Assembly: GCA_016177865.1 (NCBI GenBank)
Contig: JACOUJ010000239.1
Span: 1-38,386, forward strand
Length of the DNA stretch: 38,386 nucleotides
Direction of reading: 5' to 3'
DNA from: Candidatus Rokuibacteriota bacterium
GTDB lineage: Bacteria; Methylomirabilota; Methylomirabilia; Rokubacteriales; JACOUJ01
Below, in pieces: positions 1 through 8,904 of the stretch; within the stretch, counting starts at the first letter, position 1, and every line of letters begins with the position of its first letter. Position numbers and translations under genes: made by a program. The notes beneath the pieces were generated by a model, which saw only the letters and a program-made list of their open reading frames with translations, made no database searches and was not told the origin of the DNA.

Positions 1-927
1 AAGGCGATAGTAGAGGTCCTCGCGGAAGTGTCCCTGCTGGAGCTGAACCTTCAGGTCCCGGTTCGTCGCAGCGATCACGCGAAGATCCAGGGGGATGGCC
101 TCGCGTCCCCCAACTCGCTCGATGGTGCGCTCCTGGAGGAAGCGAAGGAGCTTGACTTGGAGCATCAGGCTCAGCTCGCCGATCTCATCCAGGAACAGCG
201 TGCCGCGCTCCGCCAGCTCGAACCTGCCTTTGCGCTGGATGTGGGCCCCGGTGAACGCGCCCCTCTCGTGGCCGAAGAGCTCTGCCTCGAGGAGAGTTTC
301 CGGAATAGCCCCACAGTTGATCGCCACGAACGAGGCGCCGTGGCGCCGGCTCCGCCGGTGGATCGCTCGAGCGACGAGCTCCTTCCCCGTTCCGCTTTCC
401 CCCTGGACGAGGATCGTCGCGTCGGACTTGGCCACCCGCTGAACGATCCTGAAGATCTCGCGCATCGCGGGCGTGCTGCCGAGGATCTCCTCGAACCGGA
501 TCGCCTCTTCCTGATCGTGGATCCAACTCTCCGTCTCCTCCTCGAGTCCCTGGAGCCGGACGGCCCGCCGAAGCAGCACCTTGAACTCCGACAGGTCGAT
601 CGGCTTCAGGTAGTAGTCGAACGCTCCCAGCTGAACCGCTCGGAGGGCATTCTCGCGATCCTGGTTTCCGGTGACGACCACGACCTTCGCCGTGGGGGTG
701 AGTCGGAGAATCTCGTCGAGCGCGTTGAGACCTTCCTCCGCCGTGTCGGAGCGGGGCGGCAGCCCAAGGTCCAGAGTCACGAGCTCCGGCTGGCTCTCCT
801 GGATCGCCGCGATCGCCTGAGCCCTATCCTCGGCGAACGCGAGGGCATAATCCTCACGCAACGCGTACGTGAGCTGGGTGCGGATCGCTTCGTCGTCCTC
901 CACGATCAAGAGCTTGGGCTTCCTCAT
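1..927 (-). CDS. prsR: sigma-54-dependent response regulator, PEP-CTERM-box regulator PrsR-like (3' end runs off the window at position 1)
   Basis: Absent from the ORF track because no stop lies in the window. Reverse translation from ATG 927-925 gives [19 protein letters not shown]... (receiver domain). The AAA+ core follows, with Walker A GESGTGKE (379-402) and the sigma-54 contact loop GAFTGA (244-261). The window edge reads ...[35 protein letters not shown] Shine-Dalgarno sits 5 nt upstream of ATG 927; the in-frame ATG at 933 has no spacer. Confidence 0.9.
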   Translation of the reverse strand, partial: MRKPKLLIVEDDEAIRTQLTYALREDYALAFAEDRAQAIAAIQESQPELVTLDLGLPPRSDTAEEGLNALDEILRLTPTAKVVVVTGNQDRENALRAVQLGAFDYYLKPIDLSEFKVLLRRAVRLQGLEEETESWIHDQEEAIRFEEILGSTPAMREIFRIVQRVAKSDATILVQGESGTGKELVARAIHRRSRRHGASFVAINCGAIPETLLEAELFGHERGAFTGAHIQRKGRFELAERGTLFLDEIGELSLMLQVKLLRFLQERTIERVGGREAIPLDLRVIAATNRDLKVQLQQGHFREDLYYRL

Positions 928-954
928 TGCCATCTCCCCGTGCACGCTCTCGCC

Positions 955-1599
955 CTAGTGCGGCAGCCTTCGCAGCAGCTCCGGGTAAAACGCTTGAACG
1001 AACTCGACCTGCTCAGCGAAGACCGACTCCGGCCCCGTCCCCTCGGGAACCGGCGAGGCGATCCGCACCAGGGCCCCATCGTCTCGCCGGTTCACGAGGC
1101 GGTTGTACAGAAGGAGCGCGCGATTCCAGTGGTCACTCGCCACGGTACGCGCGCCGACCTGGTACCAGTAGAGGACGGCAAACTCGCGGCCCCGCCCTCG
1201 CATGACGACGAGATTGGCCGGGATCACGCGTCCGGAGATCCCGTCAAGCGGGACGGTAACCGAGCGCGCGGTCAGCTCGCTCCACCCCTGGCCCGGATAG
1301 AGCAGCTCCTGCGACGCCGGCCGCTGCCGAACTTGGCTCGGGTAGTAGCCCACCGTCACCCAAACCATCTGCGTCCCGTTGCGATAGGCGCGGACGAGCT
1401 GGGCGGGCGCCGCCCGATCCTGGGGAAGCATCTCCGGTTCCCCCTGGTCCACCGCCTGCCAGTCCCGGAGGACGCCTGGGATGGTCTCCAGCGGTGCGAC
1501 CAGCGGAACCTGCCGGATTTCCCGTGGCACAGCAAAGAGCCCCCCGGCCAGCCCCAGAAGGGCCAAGGCTGCCGCACTGAACCACGAGAGACGTGTCAT
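955..1599 (-). CDS. epsI: EpsI-family exosortase-associated protein (single N-terminal TM/signal anchor)
   Basis: This is the C-terminal 214 aa of track ORF 955..2520, starting at MTRLSWFSAAALALLGLAGGLF. ATG 1599-1597 overlaps the exosortase stop as ATGA. Size, the N-terminal anchor and the position directly after an exosortase match EpsI-family proteins. The longer 521-aa ORF is an out-of-frame overlap with the exosortase gene. Confidence 0.8.
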   Translation of the reverse strand: MTRLSWFSAAALALLGLAGGLFAVPREIRQVPLVAPLETIPGVLRDWQAVDQGEPEMLPQDRAAPAQLVRAYRNGTQMVWVTVGYYPSQVRQRPASQELLYPGQGWSELTARSVTVPLDGISGRVIPANLVVMRGRGREFAVLYWYQVGARTVASDHWNRALLLYNRLVNRRDDGALVRIASPVPEGTGPESVFAEQVEFVQAFYPELLRRLPH

Positions 1600-2447
1600 C
1601 GGGACCACCGTCGTGCGAGCCCCATCAGGGCGCCGTCCAGGATCAGGAGCAACAGGAACGTCAGCAGGAAGTTCACGGTGCCGTTGAACATGTGATACGC
1701 GGTCTTCAGGGTCCACGGCCCGATGTAGTAGACGCCCGCGCCGGTCGTGGTGAGGCGAATGATGTTCGATGCGATCGCGAACGGCAGGGCCGCAGCGATC
1801 AGCGCCACGCGAGCCGCGACCGGCCGTCGCCCGAGCGACGCGTAGGCGACGCCGAGAGCGAGGAGTGCCGCGATGGCCGGGATACTGCTGCAAACGTCGG
1901 CCACCTCCAGCGTTATGTTCGGGAGGTGGAGGAACACGCCCTCGCGGTAGACCGGCACGCCCAGCCATCCTAGAGCCTCCGCGGAGGCCGCCGCGTCCAA
2001 AATCCGCGACCGGTAGGTAATCAGCTTCACGGTTACCCAGGGGAGCGGGATCATGAAGGCGAGGTATCCAATTCCGATCCAGGTCTCCCGGATGACCTTC
2101 GGGCCCGCCAGAAACAGCGTCAACCCGAGCAGCGTTACGGGAAACGAGACCCGCGCCAGAAAAAGCTCGCCACCCTGGACCCCGACGACAAGCGCCCCAA
2201 GCCCCGCAACCACCACGGGCAGCCCCCAGAGCGACGGCTCCAGCAGGATGGTCTGAAGGCGGTCCCGGCGTGCCCAGAGCAAGTAGGCGGCGATGAGCGG
2301 GATCGCGAAGCCGTGCGAGAGGTTCGGGAATTCGGCCCACTCGCGGACGATCGCGGGGAAGAGGGGACCGTAGAGGCCGACGGCCGCCAGGCCGGGAAGC
2401 CCGAGCGACAACCAGATCAACCGAGTCGACGGAGCGCACACAGTCAT
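1596..2447 (-). CDS. xrtA: exosortase (XrtA/EpsH-like polytopic membrane transpeptidase)
   Basis: Start chosen at MTVCAPSTRLIW (ATG 2447-2445), 5 nt after the prsK stop. The protein is polytopic. It has the N-terminal NLSHGF motif and exosortase catalytic positions Cys (EVADVCSS, 1890-1892), Arg (NIIRL, 1755-1757) and His (AYHMFNG, 1692-1694). The XrtA subtype is inferred from the linked prsK/prsR and has not been tested by HMM. Confidence 0.85.
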   Translation of the reverse strand: MTVCAPSTRLIWLSLGLPGLAAVGLYGPLFPAIVREWAEFPNLSHGFAIPLIAAYLLWARRDRLQTILLEPSLWGLPVVVAGLGALVVGVQGGELFLARVSFPVTLLGLTLFLAGPKVIRETWIGIGYLAFMIPLPWVTVKLITYRSRILDAAASAEALGWLGVPVYREGVFLHLPNITLEVADVCSSIPAIAALLALGVAYASLGRRPVAARVALIAAALPFAIASNIIRLTTTGAGVYYIGPWTLKTAYHMFNGTVNFLLTFLLLLILDGALMGLARRWSR

Positions 2448-2452
2448 GAGCT

Positions 2453-4570
2453 TCACGCGCTCGCCACCCCCTTTCGCGAGTGCTTGACAGGGAGCCGAAC
2501 CCAAAAGGTCGTTCCCTCACCGAGCTTGCTCGCCACCTCCATCGTCCCGCCGTGCGCCTCGACGATCAGCTTTGACTGGTAGAGGCCGATTCCCCAGCCG
2601 CCCTTCTTGGTCGAGCGGAACGGCACGAAGAGCGAGTTTCGGAGAAACTCCTCCGGGATGCCGGAGCCCGTGTCTGCGACCGAGACGACCGTCCACCCTT
2701 GGTCCTCGTAAGTGCGCACCGTCACGATGCCCTCCCCGTTGAGCGCCTCCCCTGCGTTGGTGACCAGGTTCTGGATCACCCGCAGGAGCGCATCACGGTC
2801 GCCACGGACCGCGTCCACCGGGGCGAGGTCGGTGACGAGACTCACCTTCGGGTTCTTCGCCAACGGGTCGGTCGCCGCATGGACAAGCGCCACGAGGTCG
2901 ACCACCTCTAGCTGCCGCTGTGCCGAGTCGGGGACCGGGGTCGCGCTCAGGCGGCTCAGCAGGGCCTTCATCCGGTCGACCGTCCGAGACAGGGTGCGAA
3001 CCGCGTCACGCTGGAACTCGGGGTCGTCGAAGTGAGCGAGGGCGTTCTGACTCAGCATGGACAGCGCCGAGATCGAATTCTTCAGATCGTGTACCACGAA
3101 CGTCGTTAGACGGTTGAACGCTTCGAACTCCCGAGATTGGACCAGGCGCTCGGAGAGCTGCGCCGTTACGAGAGCCCCGGCAGCCTGCTCCCCCACGGTC
3201 GCGAGGAACTCGAAGTCCTCGGGAACGTAAGTCGCGCCTGTTCGCTCCGGCCCGAGCAGCATGACGCCGGTCAACCGCCCCTGCCAGGGAAGCGGCACCG
3301 CGACCACCGCGTCAGGAAGAGTTTCCGCCAGCGCGCGTCCGCCGAGACGCTCAAGCGTCCCGCCACCGTTCCCCAACCGCACCGGTGTCTGCTCTGCCCT
3401 GACTCGCGCAAGGAGGGGGGACTCAGCCGCGAGCCTCGCCGGCAGCCCACGGGTCCCTGCCGCCGCTACGAGGTGGTACCGCCCGTCTCGCTCGTCGGCC
3501 AGATAGAGGGCGCTGGACGTCGCCCCGACCGCCTCACAGGCTGCGTTCACCAGCTCTGGCGCAAGCGCCTCCAAGGTGAGCCGCGACCCAAGACGTTTCG
3601 TGAAGCGCGACCACTGTTCCTGATAGTCGTACTTGCTCCGGTAGAAGTGGAGCCCGACGAAGCGCTTCACTCGCCGGCGGACCTCGCCAGAAAGCAGGAT
3701 CGCCGCCAGGCCCAGGGCCGAGACGAAGACGACGAGCGAGCCCCAGAAGAGCTCCTGCCGGATGCCCAGCGTGTTGAGGAGCCAGCCGAGCGCGCCTATG
3801 ACGAGGAGATAGCACCCGAGGACACCGACGACCATGGACCGATACACCAGCTGACGCGACACAGTCAGATCGGCTATCGCGAGTCGACCCCGGGCGAGCG
3901 AAGCGCCCACGAGCAAGTTGCCTACAAAAAGCGTCACCGCACCCGTGGTCAAGTAGTCGACCATCACGACCTTGAAAAGCAGCTCGTGGCTTAACAGGTA
4001 GAACCGGACGAGGAAGATCCCGCCCAGCCCGAGCAGGAGGTATTTCAGACGCCACCGGGTCGTCCCCCTCGACCGCCTGAGGCACCCCTCCAGAGCGGCG
4101 AGTATCCCGACCGTGGCTAAAAGCCGCACGACGCTGGCCGCATGTCCGATCACACTCAGGCGCGCTGCCAGGAACCTCCCCGGAGCATCGAATAGCTCAA
4201 AGCTCGGCCACAGGAGGACAGCCACTCCGCCGGCCAGGCCGAGGGCGCACAGAGCGCCGAGCGCCAGGCGCCAACCGAAACCGATCCGTTCCGCACCCGG
4301 ATGGCACAGAGCGGCTACAAATACGGTCCAGGGCACCGTCAGCAAGAGCCCCGCGACCGCGCTGATTCTGAGCCACAGCAAGTGATCAGCGGGCGTCTCC
4401 GTGACCGTTGCCAGCATGAACCCAGCGATTTGCTCGACGGCGAACCCGACCATTCCGGCCGCAAAACTCCAGTGAACGGACCTCGGACCCCGCTGCGCGA
4501 GAACCGCGGCTGCGAGGGCGAGGGCGCTGGTGGCCGCTAGAAGGAAGACGACTCCCTGGAGAACGATCAT
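2453..4570 (-). CDS. prsK: PEP-CTERM-system sensor histidine kinase PrsK-like (multi-TM N-terminus, GAF, HisKA, HATPase)
   Basis: 705-aa ORF. The N-terminal ~300 aa are hydrophobic and multi-spanning. A GAF-like segment reads SSALYLADERDGRYHLVAAAG. H-box is FVVHDLKNSISAL (His codon 3089-3091), N-box is LLRVIQNLVTNAGEAL, G1 is VADTGSGIP and G2 is GGWGIGLYQSK. Confidence 0.9.
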   Translation of the reverse strand: MIVLQGVVFLLAATSALALAAAVLAQRGPRSVHWSFAAGMVGFAVEQIAGFMLATVTETPADHLLWLRISAVAGLLLTVPWTVFVAALCHPGAERIGFGWRLALGALCALGLAGGVAVLLWPSFELFDAPGRFLAARLSVIGHAASVVRLLATVGILAALEGCLRRSRGTTRWRLKYLLLGLGGIFLVRFYLLSHELLFKVVMVDYLTTGAVTLFVGNLLVGASLARGRLAIADLTVSRQLVYRSMVVGVLGCYLLVIGALGWLLNTLGIRQELFWGSLVVFVSALGLAAILLSGEVRRRVKRFVGLHFYRSKYDYQEQWSRFTKRLGSRLTLEALAPELVNAACEAVGATSSALYLADERDGRYHLVAAAGTRGLPARLAAESPLLARVRAEQTPVRLGNGGGTLERLGGRALAETLPDAVVAVPLPWQGRLTGVMLLGPERTGATYVPEDFEFLATVGEQAAGALVTAQLSERLVQSREFEAFNRLTTFVVHDLKNSISALSMLSQNALAHFDDPEFQRDAVRTLSRTVDRMKALLSRLSATPVPDSAQRQLEVVDLVALVHAATDPLAKNPKVSLVTDLAPVDAVRGDRDALLRVIQNLVTNAGEALNGEGIVTVRTYEDQGWTVVSVADTGSGIPEEFLRNSLFVPFRSTKKGGWGIGLYQSKLIVEAHGGTMEVASKLGEGTTFWVRLPVKHSRKGVASA

Positions 4571-5586
4571 GGGAGCGCCTTCCTGAGCTCAAGGAGCCTA
4601 AAGTAGAAGGGATGCACACGGTTCCAGAGAGGCGATAGCACGCGGTCCTGGAACCATACCAGCGCCGGTGCCACGACAACCTCGAGGTTGTAGAACGTCT
4701 CCAGGTCCCCTCCCCACCGCCTCTTGAATGCGTACACCCCATAGCGCGGATCCCGCGGATCCTCCGTGGGTGTGCAACCTCCGAAGTCGAAGCGGCTCAG
4801 TCCGAGGCGCTTGGCCCCCCGAATCGCGTGCCAGAGCACGGCAGTCGGCGCTTGAAGAGCCGTGTACGCTCGGTCACGGGTCGAGGCCCCCGCGAAATAC
4901 AGCATCCTTTCCTTCGAGCATAGAAAGATGGCTCCCGCCACGGGGGTAGCATCGATACAAGCCAGGTAAAACTTTGCCGCCCCCGTTCCCGTCATGCGCT
5001 TGAACAACTCCGTGAAGAAGCTGGTCGGGAAATCCGTATACGCGCTCACGCTTCGGACTCTAGCGGAGGTCCCCCTCGCCAACGCGCAGTACGCCTCGAG
5101 GTCCGCGCTCGTGGTGATCTCCCGAACCTCCACGCCGGCCCTCTCGGCTTTTCGCACTGAGGTGCGCACACTGGGTCCTTGGTTCCTCAGCAGCATCTCC
5201 TCGCTCTGCGCCAGATCCAGAACGAATGTATGACGTTGGATGACCGTAGTTCGCGCACCGTGCGAAGCGTTCGTCGTTTCGGACTTGCCGAGCCCCCACA
5301 TCGAATCCCCCACTCTCACGTAGGACACACCGAGCTGCGCCATGGCCTCCACTGCCCGTGTGACAAAGCCCCCGTCCACACCAGCAGCGAACAGATTGGC
5401 CCGCGCGATCACACGTCGAACTCCGCGGGTCCATCCCCTTACCAGCGCCAGGGCGCGCTGATCGCCCTCGAAGAGATAGAGGGGGTGGTATCCCATAGTC
5501 GTCATGGCGGCCGCAAAACCGGTGAGTTGGCATGGTGCGGCGACCATCCGGTCCCACTGTGGCGGCGGAGAGCTAGAGACATTCAT
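4567..5586 (-). CDS. FemAB-family (aminoacyl-tRNA-dependent transferase fold) protein, PEP-CTERM-locus type
   Basis: 339 aa. The C-terminal YAFKRRWGGDLETFYN is typical of FemAB/Acetyltransf_6 proteins, and the length and double-GNAT-like layout fit. ATGA overlaps on both sides (4567-4570, 5583-5586). Confidence 0.75.
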   Translation of the reverse strand: MNVSSSPPPQWDRMVAAPCQLTGFAAAMTTMGYHPLYLFEGDQRALALVRGWTRGVRRVIARANLFAAGVDGGFVTRAVEAMAQLGVSYVRVGDSMWGLGKSETTNASHGARTTVIQRHTFVLDLAQSEEMLLRNQGPSVRTSVRKAERAGVEVREITTSADLEAYCALARGTSARVRSVSAYTDFPTSFFTELFKRMTGTGAAKFYLACIDATPVAGAIFLCSKERMLYFAGASTRDRAYTALQAPTAVLWHAIRGAKRLGLSRFDFGGCTPTEDPRDPRYGVYAFKRRWGGDLETFYNLEVVVAPALVWFQDRVLSPLWNRVHPFYFRLLELRKALP

Positions 5587-6389
5587 GACGCCTGTCCATT
5601 AGCCACGCCTGCCCGCGCCATCCGTTTGAGAAGCCGACGGACCTCCTGTTCCTTGCGAAACGGAAGGGCCCGGTAACAGCGGCCCTCACCCAAGCGCTGG
5701 GGGCAAGGAACGGCCGCCCCGTTCTCGATCGCCTTGATGGTGTCGACCATCATTCGCGCGCAGAGCTCCGCGGTCCGCAGCTCGATGGTCTCGAGGGTAT
5801 CTCCCGGGACGACCCGCAGCTCCTCACGAAGGAGAATCGGCCCCGTGTCAACACCAGGATCCACATAATGGACCGTGACACCGAGCCTTCCCCCCTCAAG
5901 GAGCGACCACAGGTTGGCGTGAACGCCGCGATAGTCCGGAAGCCACCCTGTATGGGCGTTGAGACATCCGAGTCGTGCTTGTTTGAGGATATGCGGCTTG
6001 ATGATGCACGTGCCGGCCAGCAATATGAAGTCGGCCGAAAGCTCTTCCAGAAGCTGCTCACACTGCTGGTCGTTATGGGAACCGACTTCGTAAACCGGCA
6101 TGCCGAGAAGAGATCCAATGTCTCGGACGCTGGATGGCACATCGTCTCGATAGACCCGCTTCACTTCCCGTCGGAAGCGTCTATCCGACAGCACCGTGTG
6201 CCAGATTTTGCGTGCCGTATCTGCCGGACCGTTGAGCTTTAGGAACTTCCACAGCCTTCTCAGCCTCTCGCCTAACCCCTTCGGCTCGAGGATCACGCCC
6301 GACACGGCAAGACCTTGCCGCGAGCACTCTCGAAGTGTGAGCACCCCCTGCCAGTTCGACGGTCGAGTGAGGAGTACGACTCGGCTCAT
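5583..6389 (-). CDS. formyltransferase-family protein (Fmt/PurN/sugar N-formyltransferase N-domain only)
   Basis: Start at MSRVVLLTRP (ATG 6389-6387, ATGA overlap with the upstream stop). Catalytic signature is LNAHTGWLPDYRGVHANLWSLLEG (HxxLLPxxRG-like Asn/His) plus HYVDPGVDTGPILL (the Asp of DxGxDTG). The upstream extension of the track ORF to 6578 is Arg-rich and overlaps the CapK-like gene. Confidence 0.85.
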   Translation of the reverse strand: MSRVVLLTRPSNWQGVLTLRECSRQGLAVSGVILEPKGLGERLRRLWKFLKLNGPADTARKIWHTVLSDRRFRREVKRVYRDDVPSSVRDIGSLLGMPVYEVGSHNDQQCEQLLEELSADFILLAGTCIIKPHILKQARLGCLNAHTGWLPDYRGVHANLWSLLEGGRLGVTVHYVDPGVDTGPILLREELRVVPGDTLETIELRTAELCARMMVDTIKAIENGAAVPCPQRLGEGRCYRALPFRKEQEVRRLLKRMARAGVANGQAS

Positions 6390-7750
6390 CGCGCCACTCT
6401 TTCCAGCATCGCGCCCAAGTACGCGTCGGCCACCGCAGAGATTACATATCGATGCTTCCCGGATACCGGCCGATCGATGCAGCTTGTGCTCACGACATCG
6501 ACGAGAACGCCGGGGCCCATCAGACCCTGCATCGCTGCCCTGATCGCGCCCAACTGGCCCTCCCCGAACGTAACGCACGGGACGACGTGGACGATGACGC
6601 GGTTCAGTGATTCCTGCAGAATCTGAAACTCCTGGACTCCAGGAATCTCGCGGAGAATGTAAATCGCTGCCAGCGCGTGAAGCACCCGACCATCAGGAGT
6701 CACAAGGAAGTCAGTGCTTCGACCCTGGATACCAGCGAGGACTGGTAGCGTTCGGCCACAGCGGCATCCGGCACGGCCAAGAACCCCGATGTCCTGCGTG
6801 CGGTAGCGAATGATCGGCATCGCAGGGGTGTCGAAATTGGTAATCACGAGTTCACCGGCCTCGCCGCTCGGACCGAGCACCTCGGCGTGAATACCCTCCG
6901 CGTTCACGTGGAGGCCTCCCGCTGGGCACTCGTTGGCGATCAAGCCCGCATCGCGTGACCCATATTCCTCGGCTACCACGCACCCGAGCCCCTCTCGGAT
7001 CAGAGCTCGCTGATAACCGAACAGCGGCTCTGCGGTCGAGAACACCGCCCGGAGGGACCGCGCGGCCCGGGTGAGCCCTCGGCGACTCAGATACTGACTG
7101 AGCAGTGTGATCGCACTGGCGTAGCCGTATATTTTCGCAGGTCGGAAGCGGTCAAGCAGCCGAGCATACGCGCCCAAAGCCCGCTCGCCCAAGTCGAAGG
7201 CGGACAGGGTTCGATAGTTCAACAGCCGATCACGCAGCACGCGGAGGGCTCCCTGGCGACTCAAGTCTCGCACAGAGCCCCACAGCGCGATCTCGCGCAC
7301 GCCGATCTCTAACCCGAACCAGCGGTGAGCCCGAAGGCGCGAGGCGTCCGAGAACGCCATGCGTTCCATGTCGATGAAGACCGTTACCGGGCTTCCAGTG
7401 GAGCCGCCCGTGCTGAATGGTCGCGCACCACGAACCGGCACGCGAGGCCTGAGCTCTCCTTGGTGGGCACGTACCATCTCCCGGGTCAGATAGGGCACGC
7501 GGCGAAGGTCGGAGAAGGATTGCACGCGACGAGGCGGAACTTCGTGCTCGTCAAAAACACGCCGGTAATAGGGAACATAGGCGTACGCATACTCGAGCAG
7601 TCGCCTGAGCCTTTCGAACCGGTACTCCTCCAGCGCAGCAGGCGCCAACCACTGCGTCCGATCGAGGTCGAACAGCCGGGCCAGCGTCCGCTTGCCGAGT
7701 AGCCACTCATGCGCCGGGAACAGGATCTTCTTCACCAGCAGCGGATGCAT
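6386..7750 (-). CDS. CapK/PaaK-like adenylate-forming enzyme (phenylacetate-CoA ligase / F390 synthetase family)
   Basis: 454 aa. N-terminal KKILFPAHEWLLGKR...YVPYYRRVFDEHEV, AMP-binding P-loop FSTGGSTGSPVTV, and a later YRTQDIG motif. This architecture is typical of capsule-locus CapK proteins. Confidence 0.8.
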   Translation of the reverse strand: MHPLLVKKILFPAHEWLLGKRTLARLFDLDRTQWLAPAALEEYRFERLRRLLEYAYAYVPYYRRVFDEHEVPPRRVQSFSDLRRVPYLTREMVRAHQGELRPRVPVRGARPFSTGGSTGSPVTVFIDMERMAFSDASRLRAHRWFGLEIGVREIALWGSVRDLSRQGALRVLRDRLLNYRTLSAFDLGERALGAYARLLDRFRPAKIYGYASAITLLSQYLSRRGLTRAARSLRAVFSTAEPLFGYQRALIREGLGCVVAEEYGSRDAGLIANECPAGGLHVNAEGIHAEVLGPSGEAGELVITNFDTPAMPIIRYRTQDIGVLGRAGCRCGRTLPVLAGIQGRSTDFLVTPDGRVLHALAAIYILREIPGVQEFQILQESLNRVIVHVVPCVTFGEGQLGAIRAAMQGLMGPGVLVDVVSTSCIDRPVSGKHRYVISAVADAYLGAMLERVAR

Positions 7751-8904
7751 GTCACGTCACCGGCGAGGACGGCCTCCTCCATCAGGAGGGCGTCCATGAA
7801 GAACTTTGCGGCCCAGTTTGGGTAGCTTCCGAACGCGTACCGCCCCCAGATCGGATGCGAGCCCTTCACGGCTCCCCTGATGTTCAGGTTCTCGGTGCGG
7901 CAGTCCTGCAGCCTCTTGAGAAAACCGGTGGCGCGCCGGCCACCATCAAGGAACGCCGGAACTCGCAAGATGTCATAGAGGCGAAACCACTGGGCCGCGA
8001 TCTGGGCGTTCCCCGTCAAGCAGGAGTACCGAGCCGTGGGTTTCCATCCAGGTCCGAACCGGCCGGGTATGAAACCCTCCGCTGTGAGATGCGCGAGGAC
8101 CGCCCGGCAGGCACGCGACGCCGCGGAGACGTGATCCAACCGGTCGAGCCGGAGTCCGCCCTCAAGAAGTCCTTGAGTGGTGTAGGCAATCGTGTGCAGA
8201 AAGGCATCCTCTCCAGCGTAGAACCCACAGTGGCGGAACCAGCCGTCGGGCTCCTGCTGCGACAGCGCCCAGTCCAGGTTCCGTCTACCCGCGAAGACGA
8301 ATCTGTCGTCGCCCGACACGAGTCCGACCTCGACCAACGCCCAGGCGGTGCGCGTGTTATAGGCGTGCAGTGTGTCCCGGTACTCGTGACGCCGCCACGC
8401 CCCATCATCGTCCTGGACGCGCACCAGCCAGTTGGCCGCGCGGACGGCCCCCTCCAGGTACCGCCGGTCTTTCGACGCCTCGTGCGCCGCGAGGAGTCCG
8501 AAGATGACCTGTCCGGTATTGAACACGACCGGCGGGTGTGGCCGATCGACGAAATGACCGGGGAACCCGCCACCCGGGTGCTGCACGGTGAGTTCCCATT
8601 CGGCCATGGCGAGGCTCCGCCTTGCGTATTCCCGGTCGCCCGAGTAGTCCGCGTAGGTCAGCAGGGTCGGAATGATGTAACCGGTGGTTTCTGGGTAGGA
8701 AGCGATCCAGCCATCCTCAAATGAGTACCCGCCCGAAACACCGTCGTCGGGGGTTGCGGCCTGCGCCCGGAGGATCCATCGAGCGACCTCTTCGAGATGG
8801 CTGCGCGTGGAGAGGGCGGGGCCATGCCATCCGAGGGCGTCACGAAGCAGCGCACGGCGCGCCTCGGTCCGGAAGAGCCTGTTCGTCAAGAGACGCGCAA
8901 TCAT
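7732..8904 (-). CDS. alpha/alpha-toroid protein with terpenoid-cyclase/prenyltransferase-type QW repeats, function unknown
   Basis: 390 aa. There is a strong QW motif RAANWLVRVQDDDGAW (8395-8442), a second RRNLDWALSQQEPDGW (8239-8286) and a weaker one near ARWILRAQAATPDDG. No signal peptide. ATGA overlap with the downstream GT4 gene. Confidence 0.6.
   Translation of the reverse strand: MIARLLTNRLFRTEARRALLRDALGWHGPALSTRSHLEEVARWILRAQAATPDDGVSGGYSFEDGWIASYPETTGYIIPTLLTYADYSGDREYARRSLAMAEWELTVQHPGGGFPGHFVDRPHPPVVFNTGQVIFGLLAAHEASKDRRYLEGAVRAANWLVRVQDDDGAWRRHEYRDTLHAYNTRTAWALVEVGLVSGDDRFVFAGRRNLDWALSQQEPDGWFRHCGFYAGEDAFLHTIAYTTQGLLEGGLRLDRLDHVSAASRACRAVLAHLTAEGFIPGRFGPGWKPTARYSCLTGNAQIAAQWFRLYDILRVPAFLDGGRRATGFLKRLQDCRTENLNIRGAVKGSHPIWGRYAFGSYPNWAAKFFMDALLMEEAVLAGDVTCIRCW

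Noticed and set aside
28-1695. 555-aa plus-strand ORF, the longest plus-strand ORF near the 5' end
   Set aside because: It lies antisense to prsR and epsI, both of which have clear domain motifs. Its product is Arg/Pro/Leu-rich with no motif. This is a typical high-GC antisense artefact.
955-2520. 521-aa minus-strand ORF spanning the epsI and exosortase regions
   Set aside because: Only the last 214 aa (from MTRLSWF, 1599) look like a real protein. The upstream 300 aa are Arg/Gly/Pro-rich and overlap the exosortase gene, which is read in another frame with intact catalytic motifs.
6185-6203. TGGCAC on the minus strand, a possible sigma-54 -24 element (likewise near 12090-12112 and 35765-35785)
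   Set aside because: In each case the GC of the -12 element is not at the required GG-N10-GC spacing. All three sites lie inside coding sequence.
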